DNA of 64,000 nucleotides from Lophium mytilinum (Eukaryota): NCBI GenBank assembly GCA_010093605.1, contig MU004188.1, positions 1,875,918 to 1,939,917 of the forward strand, read 5' to 3'. Shown piece by piece: positions 62,522 to 64,000 of this stretch (position 1 is its first letter; each line of letters starts with the position of its first letter). The notes under the pieces were generated by a model. It saw only the letters and a program-made list of their open reading frames with translations, ran no database searches and was not told where the DNA came from. The position numbers and the translations under genes were made by a program.

Positions 62522-63346
62522 CTACCCAGTGAGATTGTAGATCTTCTGAATCTGACCCAACACCTTCACGAAATCGAGCTCCAGATCTTTCAGCAATCCA
62601 TCCTTCATATCAAACACCCACCCATGCACAATCGGATACTGATTCTCCGAATAACTCTGCTGCACCGCCGCCGTCTTGATGATGTTGCGGCACTGCTCAA
62701 GCACGTTCAACTCTACAACACGATCGCACCTCTTATCGGCATCTTTAATCTGATCCAGCTCCGTCTCATACAACCTATACACATCGCGGATGTTCCGGAG
62801 CCACGGGTTCAAAATCCCCAAATCCTGCGGGGTCAACGCGGCCTTCACACCACCGCACCCATAATGCCCGCACACGATAATGTGCTTGACATGCAGATGC
62901 TTCACGGCATAGTTGACCACGCTCATGACATTCAGGTCGGTATTAGGGACCATGTTCGCGATATTGCGGTGGATGAAGCACTCGCCAGGCCCCAGCCCCG
63001 TGATCTGCTCAGCGGGAACGCGCGAGTCGCTGCATCCGATCCAGAGGTAGTCAGGCTCCTGGCCAGACGACAGCTTATCGAAGAAAGCCGGGTTCTTGAC
63101 CTTCTGCTCGGCAGCCCACTTGCGGTTGTTCTCGAAGATGTGGTCGTGGTCGGCCTGCAGGTGCTTGGCGACGTCGGAGGGCGGCATTTTGGAGGACCAC
63201 CAGGATGCGAGGCGGCGGGTTTGGGCGGTGGTGCTAGCTGGGACTGGGATTGTAGAGAGAGGTGTGAAGCGAGGGGAGGGGGTGGTGGTCGGACGACGTT
63301 TTATATGGCGGAGGACTGATGACGGGATCAACCGTGGTTTCGACAT
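62522..63346 (-). CDS. NCE103: Beta-class carbonic anhydrase
   Basis: WIGCSDSRV, HRNIAN and GHYGCGG zinc ligands, plus ELNV and VHGW motifs. Confidence 0.93.
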   Translation of the reverse strand: MSKPRLIPSSVLRHIKRRPTTTPSPRFTPLSTIPVPASTTAQTRRLASWWSSKMPPSDVAKHLQADHDHIFENNRKWAAEQKVKNPAFFDKLSSGQEPDYLWIGCSDSRVPAEQITGLGPGECFIHRNIANMVPNTDLNVMSVVNYAVKHLHVKHIIVCGHYGCGGVKAALTPQDLGILNPWLRNIRDVYRLYETELDQIKDADKRCDRVVELNVLEQCRNIIKTAAVQQSYSENQYPIVHGWVFDMKDGLLKDLELDFVKVLGQIQKIYNLTG

Positions 63347-63737
63347 TGGAGAGTGATTGGCTTGACCCGAGGTTGGGGAGGATGGATGGATGCGGTTGGG
63401 CGCCTGTCTCGGGTTATCACGATCTTGTTGAGGACTTCGCTAACAAAGTTTATGCGCCGTGTGACGCTCCGAGGAGAGGCTGCAGCCGTGGTTTTTGTTT
63501 TTCAGAGCGGGATCTCACGGCATCTTTGAGGAAGTCCGAGGCGGTCCCTGGCTTCGATTTATGTGCTTCCCTGGGTCTCAGGCGCCCCTATCCTTTCTAA
63601 TCATGTAATTTGGAAAGGTTACACGTTTTAGAGGTTGATGGGAGGGTAGCGTTACCTAATCAGGTCTAGCTTGTGTCTTCCACAAGGACTTCAATATTCA
63701 TCTTTCGACCAACAATATCGATGTTTAGCCATATAAG

Positions 63738-64000
63738 ATGCCACAGTACCTTGTCAGGCTCGCCCAAACGCATGAGAGCTTTCGCAAGGCTGAGCTGGAG
63801 GCTCTTGCTGAGCTAGCCGGCATAGATATCAAGTTTGACTTTTACGATGAAGACGTAAGGATTTTGCTGTCATACTCTTCCACTTCGATATGTGCATTTT
63901 CATTGAACGACTCTCACACATTTCCTCTTGTCTTTGGAACACTTTTCAACGTGCTTCCATCCAGTCCTTGTGGCGTGTGGCTATCAGTTCTCCATATTCG
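63738..64000 (+). CDS. TRM11: tRNA (guanine-10-N2)-methyltransferase catalytic subunit, 5' part only
   Basis: First exon 63738-63854 (MPQYLVRLAQTHESFRKAELEALA) followed by a GTAAGG donor. Resembles the fungal Trm11 N-terminus. Confidence 0.7.
   Translation, partial: MPQYLVRLAQTHESFRKAELEALAELAGIDIKFDFYDEDVRILLSYSSTSICAFSLNDSHTFPLVFGTLFNVLPSSPCGVWLSVLHI

Overview
Intron-rich filamentous ascomycete DNA (Pezizomycotina, probably Dothideomycetes; inferred from gene content and GT-AG/CTRAY intron signals). Most of the window is housekeeping genes: a Cya5/Pet309-like PPR protein, ERG8, a UBL3/MUB-type protein, TMEM19/DUF92, UMP1, an NAD-dependent reductase, VMA5, GCV1, DUF3605, ORC6, DUF423, SAL1, SSN8, an AA11 LPMO, SFH1, a WBP4-like U1 zinc-finger protein, an aldo-keto reductase, FAM192A/Fyv6, a beta-carbonic anhydrase and the start of TRM11. 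Two accessory stretches stand out. (1) 17.8-31.0 kb holds two convergent Mx-like dynamin GTPases, zinc-finger relics, and a roughly 1078-aa gene that the ORF track splits in two. A 54-nt intron joins an Est1/SMG5-7-like helical domain in frame to two complete retropepsin-like aspartic protease domains. This gene sits head-to-head with a DUF6594 three-TM membrane protein. I propose this as a candidate sensor-protease/membrane-effector defence or cell-death locus; the function is inference. (2) 50.3-52.0 kb holds a BTB pseudogene and a polar, degenerate tandem array with a conserved quasi-palindromic 26-bp core. All family calls come from motif recognition by eye; no database search was run.
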